From assembly GCA_002329465.1 (NCBI GenBank), contig DCTW01000004.1, forward strand, positions 66,933-130,932: DNA of 64,000 nt, given 5' to 3'. The notes beneath the pieces are model-generated. The model was not told the origin of the DNA. It searched no databases and worked only from the letters and a program-made list of their open reading frames with translations. Made by a program: the position numbers and the translations under genes. Below are positions 27,185-36,576 of the stretch, in pieces (the stretch's first letter is position 1; the number at the start of each line of letters is the position of its first letter). The stretch is from Candidatus Woesebacteria bacterium UBA1430 (lineage in GTDB: Bacteria > Patescibacteriota > Microgenomatia > UBA8517).

Positions 27185-29644
27185 TTATCGCCAAGACTCT
27201 ATCCAATAATAACTCTCATTAATCCATCGTGGAACAAAAATTCCTGTCCAGTGTGGATAAAAATACAAAAAAGCCAGCGCTCCAAGGAAAAAAAATACAA
27301 AAACATACTTAGGTCTCATTCGTAAAAAAACACCTATACCCATCGAAAGAAATGGAATAGAAGGCAAATAATGATAAAAAAACATTATTCTTGGGGAAAA
27401 AGCCCAAGGTACAAAAAACACTAAATAAGATAGCACAACAAATCCTAATCTTTTACTTTTAGTCCTAAACGAATAAAAAGAAAGGAAAGCAATACTTAAA
27501 AGCCCAAACCAAACAACAACAGGATTGCCCATCGCATAAATATTTGATACTAATCCAGAATCATTCGAACCCGTATAAAGCCAAACAGGCCTAATAAGCA
27601 AAGGCCAGCTCCACCATGGCGAAGTGTACGCGTGCTCCGCCTCCAAATTGGTGTGGTACCACCACATCTGCTTTTGCATGCCAGTAAATATACTAAAATC
27701 ATGTCCCGTCAAAAACATTGGGATGTAACTAGCAACATAAAGGGTAGCCGGAATCAATAAATACCAAAAATAACCTAAAGAAAATTTCTTTTTAAAAGAA
27801 AAGTGAGCAACGACAAGAAGCGGAAAAAACCAAAAAGCCGTCCATTTCGACGCTAAAGAAAATCCAAAAGCTAAAGATGAAAAAAAGTACTTTGATCTTA
27901 AAAACATATATAAACTCAAGAGCATAAAAAACAAAAAATAAATATCGTTCATCCCAATCCTGCTCATAACCAAAAACAGCCCCTCAAGCGAAAGCGCACC
28001 CACCGAAAAAAGCGCCGTCTTTCTATCCTTAAATATTTCATAAGAAATAAAATAAACCAGTATTCCCGCTCCGACCCCGAAAATAGCAGCAGGCACTCTA
28101 TAGCCATAAGAACTCTCACCCATAAAATGCATCCCCACGGCCATAATTTCCTTCGCCAACGGCGGGTGAGTCCATTCGTAAGCAAACCCTTCAGGGTGAG
28201 GGTTCCACCACTCCCAAGCCTTAGGATCACCATGAAGTATAAGCTTTGCAGTAAAAGCATGATAAATCTCATCAAAATACTCATGCTTCGGAAGGCCAAT
28301 CCCGTAAATTCTCGAGACCAAAAGAAACAAAGTCATCGCTATCAATACTCGCTTAGCCCTTCTTGAATCAAGATCCTTTCCCTTAAAAAGGGTAGTTTTT
28401 ACAGCTCCCCCGCGCTCTTTAAATAAGCCTGACAAATTCTTAACATCAAAGTCTCCAAAACTCTCCCTCATTAAAGAAAAAACAAAAAGGAAAATACTAC
28501 ACAACGAAAAAAGGATAATTGCGGGTGCATTAAACACCTCTCTAAAGCCGTCGGTTATCCAAACGTAAGAATAATAAAGGTTCACAACATATAAAAAAGA
28601 AAGCCCCACATAAACAATCATCAAAAAAGGGTTAAACGCAACGGCTATAAGCAAAGGGGCAATAACAGGCAAAAGATGTCTCTCGTGCATTCGTGTCATA
28701 AAAAGATATAAAGTAAAAAACACAATCGAAGCGTAATAATATTTATCTTTTTCAACCAGCAAAGAACTCCTCCTCCAAGCTTTATAAAAAATACCCGAAA
28801 GAATAATAAAACTAATAAAATAACCTATTAAAAAAGGAGGGATAATCCCGCTTGTGTCACTTTTCCAAAATCCAAAAATACTCCAAAAATTAATAGCGTT
28901 TACACTTGTATAAGGATACTGTCCCAAAGACAAAAACACCCGCCGAAAAACAAACTCAACCAAATTCCCCGATGAAAAGGGAATAAACATCATAAAGAAA
29001 AAAATAGCAGAAGATAAAATATATAAAAACATATTTTTAACTATCCATTTCTTCTTCCAAAAAACAAATAAAATAATGGGTAGGATAAACAAAGTCTGGG
29101 GTTTAACCAGCACTCCATAAGAAAACAAAACACTTGATACAAAAAACGAACTCTTATCTAAAAAGTACAAAGCTGCAATCGAAAAAAACGAAGTAAGCGA
29201 ATCCACCTGTCCCCACAAAGAAGAATTTGCAAAAACCGCCGGATTAAAAATATAAAAACTTGCGACGATTAAAGAAAAATTCTTACTTTTGTATCTTCTG
29301 ACGATTTTATAAATCAAATAACCGGTTGCTATATCGGCAATTATCGCAGGCAGTTTATAAATTAAATGGGGATCTAAAAAACTAAACCAAACGCTTATTT
29401 TTCCCAAAAAATAAAGCACATAAAGATATCCGGGCAAGTAATCAGACCAGCCGTTATAAAATTCGCTAAATCCATGCTCCGAAAGCGTTCTGCTCCAGGA
29501 AACAAAAGTATTAAAATCAAGCTCTAAAGTACCAAAAGGCGAAAGAAAAATTCTCAACAAAAACCCAACAGCAAGAAAAAATAATATTTCATATTCTAAT
29601 TTTTTCATTTTACTAACCATGGCTTTATACATAATATAACCCAT
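27185..29644 (-). CDS. Fused double GT-C glycosyltransferase: N-terminal DUF2029/PIG-V-like mannosyltransferase module plus C-terminal GT39 (PMT-type, polyprenyl-phosphate-sugar dependent) module
   Basis: The C-terminal half has YFDEIYHAFTA...WTHPPLAKEIMAVG...YRVPAAIFG...MSRIGMNDIY (bacterial Pmt pattern). The N-terminal half has about 11 TMs with WSDYLPGYLYVLY. The track start 29755 would overlap the receiver gene; in-frame Met codons lie at 29644, 29632, 29620 and 29608. Confidence 0.82.
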   Translation of the reverse strand: MGYIMYKAMVSKMKKLEYEILFFLAVGFLLRIFLSPFGTLELDFNTFVSWSRTLSEHGFSEFYNGWSDYLPGYLYVLYFLGKISVWFSFLDPHLIYKLPAIIADIATGYLIYKIVRRYKSKNFSLIVASFYIFNPAVFANSSLWGQVDSLTSFFSIAALYFLDKSSFFVSSVLFSYGVLVKPQTLFILPIILFVFWKKKWIVKNMFLYILSSAIFFFMMFIPFSSGNLVEFVFRRVFLSLGQYPYTSVNAINFWSIFGFWKSDTSGIIPPFLIGYFISFIILSGIFYKAWRRSSLLVEKDKYYYASIVFFTLYLFMTRMHERHLLPVIAPLLIAVAFNPFLMIVYVGLSFLYVVNLYYSYVWITDGFREVFNAPAIILFSLCSIFLFVFSLMRESFGDFDVKNLSGLFKERGGAVKTTLFKGKDLDSRRAKRVLIAMTLFLLVSRIYGIGLPKHEYFDEIYHAFTAKLILHGDPKAWEWWNPHPEGFAYEWTHPPLAKEIMAVGMHFMGESSYGYRVPAAIFGVGAGILVYFISYEIFKDRKTALFSVGALSLEGLFLVMSRIGMNDIYFLFFMLLSLYMFLRSKYFFSSLAFGFSLASKWTAFWFFPLLVVAHFSFKKKFSLGYFWYLLIPATLYVASYIPMFLTGHDFSIFTGMQKQMWWYHTNLEAEHAYTSPWWSWPLLIRPVWLYTGSNDSGLVSNIYAMGNPVVVWFGLLSIAFLSFYSFRTKSKRLGFVVLSYLVFFVPWAFSPRIMFFYHYLPSIPFLSMGIGVFLRMRPKYVFVFFFLGALAFLYFYPHWTGIFVPRWINESYYWIESWR

Positions 29645-29679
29645 ACTGACCACTTGGACTATATAATATAATAAATAAA

Positions 29680-30072
29680 GTGGACACAAACCCAAAAAAC
29701 CCAACGGTGTTAATAATAGAAGACGATCAAGCCCTGGCAAAAATGTATTCGACAAAATTCCAAATGGAAGGCTTCAACTCAATAGTTGCAAAAGACGGTA
29801 AAAGCGGTATGGATTTTCTAAATACAAAAAGCCCTGACGCGATACTTCTCGACATCATGCTTCCCGGATATTCGGGATTGGATCTTCTCTCAAGCCTCCA
29901 ATCAAACCCCAAAGCCAAAAATACTGTTATATTAGCGCTCACAAATCACCCTCAAAAAGAAAGCGCTCAAAAAGCACTAAACCTCGGAGTAAAAGAATAT
30001 CTTGTAAAAGCAATGCAAACACCCGAAGAAGTAGTAGAAAAAGTCAAAAAATACCTAAATCTTCCACAATGA
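29680..30072 (+). CDS. Stand-alone response-regulator receiver domain (CheY-like)
   Basis: VLIIEDD, phospho-acceptor context AILLDIMLPGYSG, ILALTN, EYLVKA. All five conserved receiver positions are present. GTG start. ATGA overlap with the next gene. Confidence 0.85.
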   Translation: MDTNPKNPTVLIIEDDQALAKMYSTKFQMEGFNSIVAKDGKSGMDFLNTKSPDAILLDIMLPGYSGLDLLSSLQSNPKAKNTVILALTNHPQKESAQKALNLGVKEYLVKAMQTPEEVVEKVKKYLNLPQ

Positions 30073-31226
30073 GTCTTCAGGCCAAAACAAAACTGCCGTA
30101 TATCATTTTTATTTTTACTTTTTTAATCTATCTATTAACCTCAGGAGGCAACACTCCCTATAACTACTTTGTACTTTTCGCAGAAAGTTTCACAAAAGGC
30201 AAATACTGGATCGAGTCGGCGCCACCCTGGCTAAACGAACTCGTACCCACCGGCAGGGGACGCTACTATCTTGTCTATCCGCCAATGCCTTCTATCCTTC
30301 TTATGCCCTTCGTTCTATTCTTCGGCACCGCCTTTCCACAACAAATTCTGGCACACCTGTTGGGAGCTGGTTCAGTAACCTTAACATACCAAATAGCTCA
30401 AAAAAAACTGAAGTCGGCAAAAAAAGCACTTTGGGTATCCACGCTGACGGGATTTGGAACAATCATATGGTTTCTCTCAGCTACAGGCTCCGCCTGGTAT
30501 TTGGGACAAATATCAGCGTATTTTTTTGTAACGGCTGCAATTTACGAAACCGTCTCAAAAAAACGCCCAATTGCAATAGGGCTTTTCCTGGGAGCAGCCT
30601 ATCTTTCACGACTCCAAACTATACTTACTCTGCCTCTTATACTTTACCTTACCAATAAAGAAAGATTTAGTACTTGGCCAAAAATTTTAATCATACTAAG
30701 TATTTTTCTATCAATAAACTTCGGGTATAATTTCATTCGCTTCGGATCAATTCTTGATAAAGCATATATACTAATCCCGGGCGTTTTGAATGAACACTGG
30801 TACTCCAAAGGTCTTTTCCACCCAAGCTACATACCAAGACATATCAAAACAATTCTGCTGGAATTGCCCAAATTCTCAAAAAACCCTCCATTCATATGGC
30901 CGTCATGGGCCGGACTTGCTATTTGGATCACAACACCCGCATTTATATTTTCTCTATTCGCACCTCTCAAAAAAGCCGAGGTGGCTTTTTCTTGGCTGGT
31001 AATTTTTCTAGTATCAGCAGTAATATTTATGCACGGAACAGTAGGGTTCAGTCAATTCGGATACCGCTTTGCTGTCGACTTCTATCCGGTACTAATTTTT
31101 TTAATCATCATCTATCTTAAAAAAACAAATCTAAACTTCATCCACTGGACTCTTCTTACAATTTCGGTAATAGTTAACACATGGGGAGTACTGTGGATAA
31201 ACAAATTTGGCTGGGTATCCTTCTAA
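30069..31226 (+). CDS. GT-C fold membrane glycosyltransferase (ArnT/PMT_2-like)
   Basis: 385 aa with about 10 TMs; YYLVYPPMPSILLMPF loop motif. Translationally coupled to the receiver gene. Confidence 0.65.
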   Translation: MSLQAKTKLPYIIFIFTFLIYLLTSGGNTPYNYFVLFAESFTKGKYWIESAPPWLNELVPTGRGRYYLVYPPMPSILLMPFVLFFGTAFPQQILAHLLGAGSVTLTYQIAQKKLKSAKKALWVSTLTGFGTIIWFLSATGSAWYLGQISAYFFVTAAIYETVSKKRPIAIGLFLGAAYLSRLQTILTLPLILYLTNKERFSTWPKILIILSIFLSINFGYNFIRFGSILDKAYILIPGVLNEHWYSKGLFHPSYIPRHIKTILLELPKFSKNPPFIWPSWAGLAIWITTPAFIFSLFAPLKKAEVAFSWLVIFLVSAVIFMHGTVGFSQFGYRFAVDFYPVLIFLIIIYLKKTNLNFIHWTLLTISVIVNTWGVLWINKFGWVSF

Positions 31227-32608
31227 TACCTGCCTCTTTGGCGCTATATTCCTTAACTTTACTAAAAGACGTCGGCTTTTGGGACACGGCAGAATTCCAA
31301 ACCATCCTCTACACGCTCGACATCGCACACCCCACAGGCTACCCCACTTACATACTTTTAGGAAAACTGTTTCTTATTTTACTCCCGCTAAAAAATGTAG
31401 CACTTCAAATCAATTTTCTCTCAAGCATCCTTATATCTCTAGGATTATACTTTATTTCAAATTCAATATTCACAATCACCAAAAACAAATATGTCTCAAT
31501 ACTCACACCCTTTTTAATAATGACTTCCTCCGTTGTTTGGTCGCTCTCAACAGCTGCAGACCCTCACGCACTCCACTTTCTTTTTACATCTCTTTTTATA
31601 TATCTCTCCACCAAAATATTAATCCAAAATAGAACAAATTTTCTGCCAACTATTTTTCTTATTACAGGGCTATCGCTCGGAAATCACTTATTATCAATAT
31701 TTTTCTTATTGCCTCTTTTTTTAATTCTGGCAACAAAAGCCAAAAAAGCCCGGCCTTTTATAATAAAATCAATTCTTTTATTCTTTCTTGGTCTAAGCGT
31801 CTATGCGCTACTGCCGATAATTTCTTACTTTAAACCTCCCCTAACTACCGATTATTCTATAAACAGTCTTGATTCCTTTAGCCGCCACGTTTTCGGCAAA
31901 GATTTTAGTCCCCACTCCGGAAAATGGATCGGAGGAAGCGTGCTTTCAGCCCTTCAATTTTATTCGATTCAACTAAAACAATTTATCTCAATCGTTTTTC
32001 TGCCTCTTGCTTTAATTGGAATTGTCTCTCTTAAAAAAGAAAATCGCATTCTAAACTTTTCTCTATCATTTATTTTTCTCGGTACACTCCTTTTCAGCCT
32101 TAGATATCAAAACGCCGTTATAGAAAGATATTTCGCACCCTCTTTTGTTGTTATTCTTATCTGGATATCCTCATCAATCAACCCAATTTTACGTCTCTCT
32201 AAAAAATTCAAATTTATAGCTCTCCTTAGTTTTATACTTATTATCACAGTCCAAACAACAAAAAACATAAAAACAGTCTTTCCCTTAGTAAAACAAAACG
32301 GGTCAAACTCAGCGCGCACTTTTGCCGAAAAAACCATGGATCTGCTTCCGAAAAATTCGGCAATTATCTCTTGGTGGAGTTATTCTACACCGCTTTGGTA
32401 TCTACAAAAAGTCGAAGGAAAAAGGCAAGACGTTTTAATAATTAACGCGTCACAAAACGAATGGGAACAAATTGCGCTTAATCTTTATTCAAAAAAAGAA
32501 ATTTTCTTAATCAATTACATCGATCTTAAAAACCCTTCCTTTAAACTAATACACAAAGAGCACCTCTATCAATTTACTCCCCTGTCTTATGAGAATTCTC
32601 CCCAATAA
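31181..32608 (+). CDS. DUF2723 (TMEM260-like) GT-C glycosyltransferase
   Basis: GFWDTAEFQTILYTLDIAHPTGYPTYILLGKLF is the hallmark DUF2723 N-terminal loop. Polytopic, followed by a soluble C-terminal domain. Confidence 0.75.
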   Translation: MGSTVDKQIWLGILLIPASLALYSLTLLKDVGFWDTAEFQTILYTLDIAHPTGYPTYILLGKLFLILLPLKNVALQINFLSSILISLGLYFISNSIFTITKNKYVSILTPFLIMTSSVVWSLSTAADPHALHFLFTSLFIYLSTKILIQNRTNFLPTIFLITGLSLGNHLLSIFFLLPLFLILATKAKKARPFIIKSILLFFLGLSVYALLPIISYFKPPLTTDYSINSLDSFSRHVFGKDFSPHSGKWIGGSVLSALQFYSIQLKQFISIVFLPLALIGIVSLKKENRILNFSLSFIFLGTLLFSLRYQNAVIERYFAPSFVVILIWISSSINPILRLSKKFKFIALLSFILIITVQTTKNIKTVFPLVKQNGSNSARTFAEKTMDLLPKNSAIISWWSYSTPLWYLQKVEGKRQDVLIINASQNEWEQIALNLYSKKEIFLINYIDLKNPSFKLIHKEHLYQFTPLSYENSPQ

Positions 32609-33686
32609 TCTTGCCAACCCACTCATGCATTCCGCTCCAATCTCCAGCGATGGGAACTAAAACATACAAATTATTATAATCAGAAAATGGCGGGTTTTTA
32701 AGTAAACTTTCCTCAAAATCATGCATCTTTATCTTATCCCTAAAATCATAAGCTTTCCGCGCCAAAAAAACCTGGGCATATTCATCCATATCAGTCTCCG
32801 AAATAGATTTTATTAAATCCCAAAAACCAAAAAGTTTCCGCGGATGATACAAAAAATCACGACTTACTAACTTATCTTTAATCGCCACCATCACAAGCTG
32901 TGCACGTCTTGTCCTTGCAAAATCAGTGCCTTCTTCCAAATCCTCCGAATGCCTCGAACGCACATACTTTAAAGCAGTACCTCCATCCATGGTTGTCAGC
33001 CCTTTTTCAAACCTTATCGTCTCATACCGGCAAGCATACTCAGGGTCTCCATCACACAAATCTTCCCCTCTCCCCTCGATGGGATATTTTTTATCTTCAA
33101 AGCTCCTTGGTACGTCAACTTCCACCCCACCCAAATAATCAACGACCTCTTTAAATCCGTCAAAATTCATAGAAAAACCGTAATGAATAGGTATTCCCAA
33201 TATCTCCTCAACATAAGACTTGGCAAGAACAATTCCACCACCCGCCCTTCTTTCATTACCTATGCGATAAGCTCCATTAAGCTTGTCTCCAAGCTCCTCA
33301 ATCCATATATCACGAGGAACAGGTATTAAATCCACGCCAGAGCCGTAAATATCAAAAGAAGCAACTATCATAGTATCTGATAAAATTGGATTTTTTTCTC
33401 CGTCACCCGATAAGCCGAGAAAAAGCAAATTAGTTCTTCCGTCTGTAGATTTTACTTTTTTATTACTTGCAAAAATAAATGTAAAGCCCAATTCAGCGTA
33501 TTTATAATAACCGCTGAATTTCAGAAAAAAAACACCCACAGCCACAAAAAGGCTCAAAAAAACAAATATAGATAAAAAAACGCCGAAACGAACAAACAAA
33601 ATATGTCTTGCCAAAATTCTTCTTTTTACTCTCGCCAAAAACCTTTTCCTTCTCTCTGATAAAAATTTATGCCTTCTTTTTTCCAT
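32574..33686 (-). CDS. LytR-CpsA-Psr (LCP) family glycopolymer-to-peptidoglycan phosphotransferase
   Basis: N-terminal TM; TNLLFLGLSG...SDTMIVASFD...VDLIPVPRDIWI; RSRH...DFARTRRAQ. The ATG is at 33686 (the track start 33710 is TTG). The 3' end overlaps the DUF2723 gene convergently by 35 nt. Confidence 0.85.
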   Translation of the reverse strand: MEKRRHKFLSERRKRFLARVKRRILARHILFVRFGVFLSIFVFLSLFVAVGVFFLKFSGYYKYAELGFTFIFASNKKVKSTDGRTNLLFLGLSGDGEKNPILSDTMIVASFDIYGSGVDLIPVPRDIWIEELGDKLNGAYRIGNERRAGGGIVLAKSYVEEILGIPIHYGFSMNFDGFKEVVDYLGGVEVDVPRSFEDKKYPIEGRGEDLCDGDPEYACRYETIRFEKGLTTMDGGTALKYVRSRHSEDLEEGTDFARTRRAQLVMVAIKDKLVSRDFLYHPRKLFGFWDLIKSISETDMDEYAQVFLARKAYDFRDKIKMHDFEESLLKNPPFSDYNNLYVLVPIAGDWSGMHEWVGKIIGENSHKTGE

Positions 33687-33742
33687 GTTAGAATAAGTCT
33701 TGCAAAACAAAAACGCTTTTAATTATTGTATTTTATACCAAA

Positions 33743-35605
33743 ATGGCAGACAAGCTAACTGATAATCTTAATAAGGAACAAATCAAAGCAGTTACCTTCG
33801 ACGGAAAAGCGCTTCTTATTTTAGCAGGCGCCGGTTCCGGCAAAACAAAAGTCCTAACACACAGAGCCGCTTGGTTTATCAAAAACAAAAAAATAAATCC
33901 GGACCAAATCCTCCTTCTGACATTCACAAATAAGGCATCGGATGAGATGAAACTTCGCATAGCAAAACTATCAGGAAATGTACCTAAATATTCGGGTACA
34001 TTTCACAGCTTTTGCGTCAAAGTATTAAGAATAGACGGCCAAAAAATCAATATTCCAAAAAATTTTATAATCTACGACCAAACCGATCAAAAAGAAATTA
34101 TTAAAAGCATCATTGAAAAGCGCAATTTCAACAAAGACAGCTTCAAACCCGAGGCCTTTCTATCACAAATATCTGACGCAAAAAACCAAATGATAAGTCC
34201 GGTTCATTACGCTGAAATTGCAAATGGAGAATTCCAAGAAAAAGTATTCGCAATATATGTAGAATACGAAAAATATCTTAAAAAAGCAGGGGGGTTAGAT
34301 TTTGATGATTTACTTCTTAAAACAGTAGCTCTGTTTCAAGAAAAACCAGAGGTACTAAATATTTGGCAGGAAAAAACAGCTCAAATTCTAGTTGACGAAT
34401 GGCAAGACACAAACAAAATTCAGTATCAACTTACAAAACTGCTAATTGGGCACAGAAAAAATATCACAGCAGTAGGCGATGCCTCGCAATCAATATATAG
34501 CTGGAGAGGGGCAGATTACAGAAACATCAACTATCTCACAAAAGATTTTCCCGACATAAAAATAATAAATCTTGAACAAAATTACCGCTCCACCCAGACA
34601 ATATTAAACGCCGCAAATTCGGTAATATCCAAAAATACCACGCATCCAATTCTTAAACTCTGGACTCGTAACGCCCAAGGAGAAAAAATAAAACTTTTTA
34701 GGGCAAACAGCGGACAAGACGAAGTCCGCTACATTGTGGAAAAAATTAACGAACTCACGCGCACAGGCTACAATTACAGCGACGTTGCAATTCTTTATAG
34801 AACCAACGCCCAGTCCCGCACGATCGAAGAAGCACTTCTTCAAAACGGAATTCCTTATCGATTAGTTGGAGGAATACGATTCTACGATAGAACAGAAATT
34901 AAAGATATCATCTCTTATCTAAGACTAATAATTAATCCTAAAAATCCGGTATCCCTAAAAAGAGCACTCAAGACAGGAAAAAAAAGGACGCAAAACCTTC
35001 TCTTGCTCCAAAAAAGTCTGAATACGCAAAAACTAACTACTCTGGAAATTATGGACAAAACACTTAACAAAACTGATTACCTTTCAAAATTTGCCCAAGA
35101 AACGGATGAAAATTTTGCTAGGCTGGAAAACATAAAAGAGCTACGTTCTGTCGCGGCTGAATTCCAAAACATCGATGAATTTTTGGAAAACGTAGCCTTA
35201 GTTGAGGCCGAACAACTCTCGACCTCCAAATCACTCCATCAGTCATCAGTCACTAGTCATCAGTCACTAGTCACTCTCATGACTCTACATGCAGCAAAAG
35301 GGCTTGAATTTCCCGTTATATTCATAACTGGCCTTGAAGAAGGCCTTTTCCCACACTCAAGGTCGCTTTTTGACCCGGGACAATTGGAAGAGGAAAGAAG
35401 GCTCGCATACGTAGGTATAACAAGAGCAAAAGAAATCTTATTTCTCACATACGCTCAACAAAGGCTCTATTTCGGACAAAAAACAAGCAATCCTCCAAGT
35501 CGTTTCCTTTCGGACATACCAGAAGACCTATTAAACACATCAGATAATTCTGGCTATTCCCAAACGGTTAGATACGACTTCAACGATATTAACGACATAC
35601 TCTGA
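33743..35605 (+). CDS. pcrA: UvrD/PcrA-type SF1 DNA helicase (620 aa)
   Basis: LNKEQIKAVT, AGAGSGKTKVLTHR, VDEWQDTN, GDASQSIYSWRGA, NYRST, MTLHAAKGLEFPVIFITG, RRLAYVGITRAK. Confidence 0.9.
   Translation: MADKLTDNLNKEQIKAVTFDGKALLILAGAGSGKTKVLTHRAAWFIKNKKINPDQILLLTFTNKASDEMKLRIAKLSGNVPKYSGTFHSFCVKVLRIDGQKINIPKNFIIYDQTDQKEIIKSIIEKRNFNKDSFKPEAFLSQISDAKNQMISPVHYAEIANGEFQEKVFAIYVEYEKYLKKAGGLDFDDLLLKTVALFQEKPEVLNIWQEKTAQILVDEWQDTNKIQYQLTKLLIGHRKNITAVGDASQSIYSWRGADYRNINYLTKDFPDIKIINLEQNYRSTQTILNAANSVISKNTTHPILKLWTRNAQGEKIKLFRANSGQDEVRYIVEKINELTRTGYNYSDVAILYRTNAQSRTIEEALLQNGIPYRLVGGIRFYDRTEIKDIISYLRLIINPKNPVSLKRALKTGKKRTQNLLLLQKSLNTQKLTTLEIMDKTLNKTDYLSKFAQETDENFARLENIKELRSVAAEFQNIDEFLENVALVEAEQLSTSKSLHQSSVTSHQSLVTLMTLHAAKGLEFPVIFITGLEEGLFPHSRSLFDPGQLEEERRLAYVGITRAKEILFLTYAQQRLYFGQKTSNPPSRFLSDIPEDLLNTSDNSGYSQTVRYDFNDINDIL
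35241..35275 (+). repeat. 14-bp tandem repeat (AGTCATCAGTCACT x2.5) inside pcrA
   Basis: Read directly: agtcatcagtcact agtcatcagtcact agtcact. It encodes SVTSHQSLVT just before helicase motif V/VI (LMTLHAAKG). Confidence 0.85.
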
Positions 35606-35616
35606 AAAATTAATGC

Positions 35617-35625
35617 TGTTATAAT
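35617..35625 (+). promoter_or_regulatory. Extended -10 promoter (TGtTATAAT), with the fem-gene ATG 6 nt downstream (leaderless geometry)
   Basis: tgTTATAAT at 35617..35625, then AAGCTC, then ATG 35632. No SD. Confidence 0.45.
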
Positions 35626-35631
35626 AAGCTC

Positions 35632-36576
35632 ATGCTACCGCGACACCCCCTTCAATCCAAATCTTGGGCGGACTTTAGGCGTACTTGGGGTAACGAAGTC
35701 ATCAAAACCAAATATGGATATATTACTTGTCACAAGTTACCGGTTACTAGCTACAAAGTAGGCATGTTTATCCGAGGCCCCAAACCCACTCAACCAATGC
35801 TCACCGACCTTAAAAAAATTGCTAAAGAAAACAATCTAATATTTATCAAGCTCGAGCCCTTCGCCCTCAAAGAGCAAGGGCTTGAAAATCTCCTCAAGAA
35901 AAACAATTGCCTCCCGGGTAAAACTCTCTTTACTCCAACCTCCTTTTGGATCGACCTAACCAAATCCGAAGAAGAGTTAATGCAAAGCTTCTCCCCCAAA
36001 ACCCGCTACAACATCCGCCTGGCTCAAAAAAAAGGAGTCATTGTAAAAGAAGACAATTCCGATCAAGCCTTCGAGACCTACCTCAGGCTCACCCGCGAAA
36101 CCATCCAAAGGCAAGGCTTCTATGCCCACTCCGAGCGCTACCACCGCCTCATGTGGAACCACCTTCACACCAAGCCACAAGCCATAAGCCATAAGCCTTT
36201 AGCCTTCCTTCTGACCGCGACCTACCAAAAAAAAATAATAACTGCTTGGATATTATTCGCCTATAAAGGATTCCTGTATTACCCCTACGGCGCCTCCTCC
36301 GATAAATATAAAAATGTCATGGCCAATAACCTTATGATGTGGGAGGCAATCCGCTTTGGGAAAAAAAGAAACCTTAAAATATTCGATCTCTGGGGCAGGG
36401 AAGAAGGCAAGGGATTTACCCGCTTCAAAGAAGGCTACAATCCCAAAGTCGTCGAATTCGTCGGCACTTGGGATCTGATCATTAACAAACCCCTTTACAA
36501 CACCTACCGCACCATAGACTTTCTCCGCTGGATCCTCCTGCGCACCAAATCCCGCCTTATCAAGCCAAAATTCTAA
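35632..36576 (+). CDS. FemAB/FemX-family peptidoglycan interpeptide-bridge aminoacyltransferase
   Basis: PLQSKSWADFRRTWG, TRYNIRLAQKKG, YPYGASSDKYKNVMANNLMMWEAIRFGKKRNLKIFDLWG, FKEGY. Confidence 0.8.
   Translation: MLPRHPLQSKSWADFRRTWGNEVIKTKYGYITCHKLPVTSYKVGMFIRGPKPTQPMLTDLKKIAKENNLIFIKLEPFALKEQGLENLLKKNNCLPGKTLFTPTSFWIDLTKSEEELMQSFSPKTRYNIRLAQKKGVIVKEDNSDQAFETYLRLTRETIQRQGFYAHSERYHRLMWNHLHTKPQAISHKPLAFLLTATYQKKIITAWILFAYKGFLYYPYGASSDKYKNVMANNLMMWEAIRFGKKRNLKIFDLWGREEGKGFTRFKEGYNPKVVEFVGTWDLIINKPLYNTYRTIDFLRWILLRTKSRLIKPKF

Noticed and set aside
29645-29755. N-terminal 37-codon extension of the double GT-C ORF
   Set aside because: It would overlap the divergent receiver-domain gene by 76 nt. 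Its sequence is not TM-like in register with the rest of the protein, and four in-frame Met codons follow.
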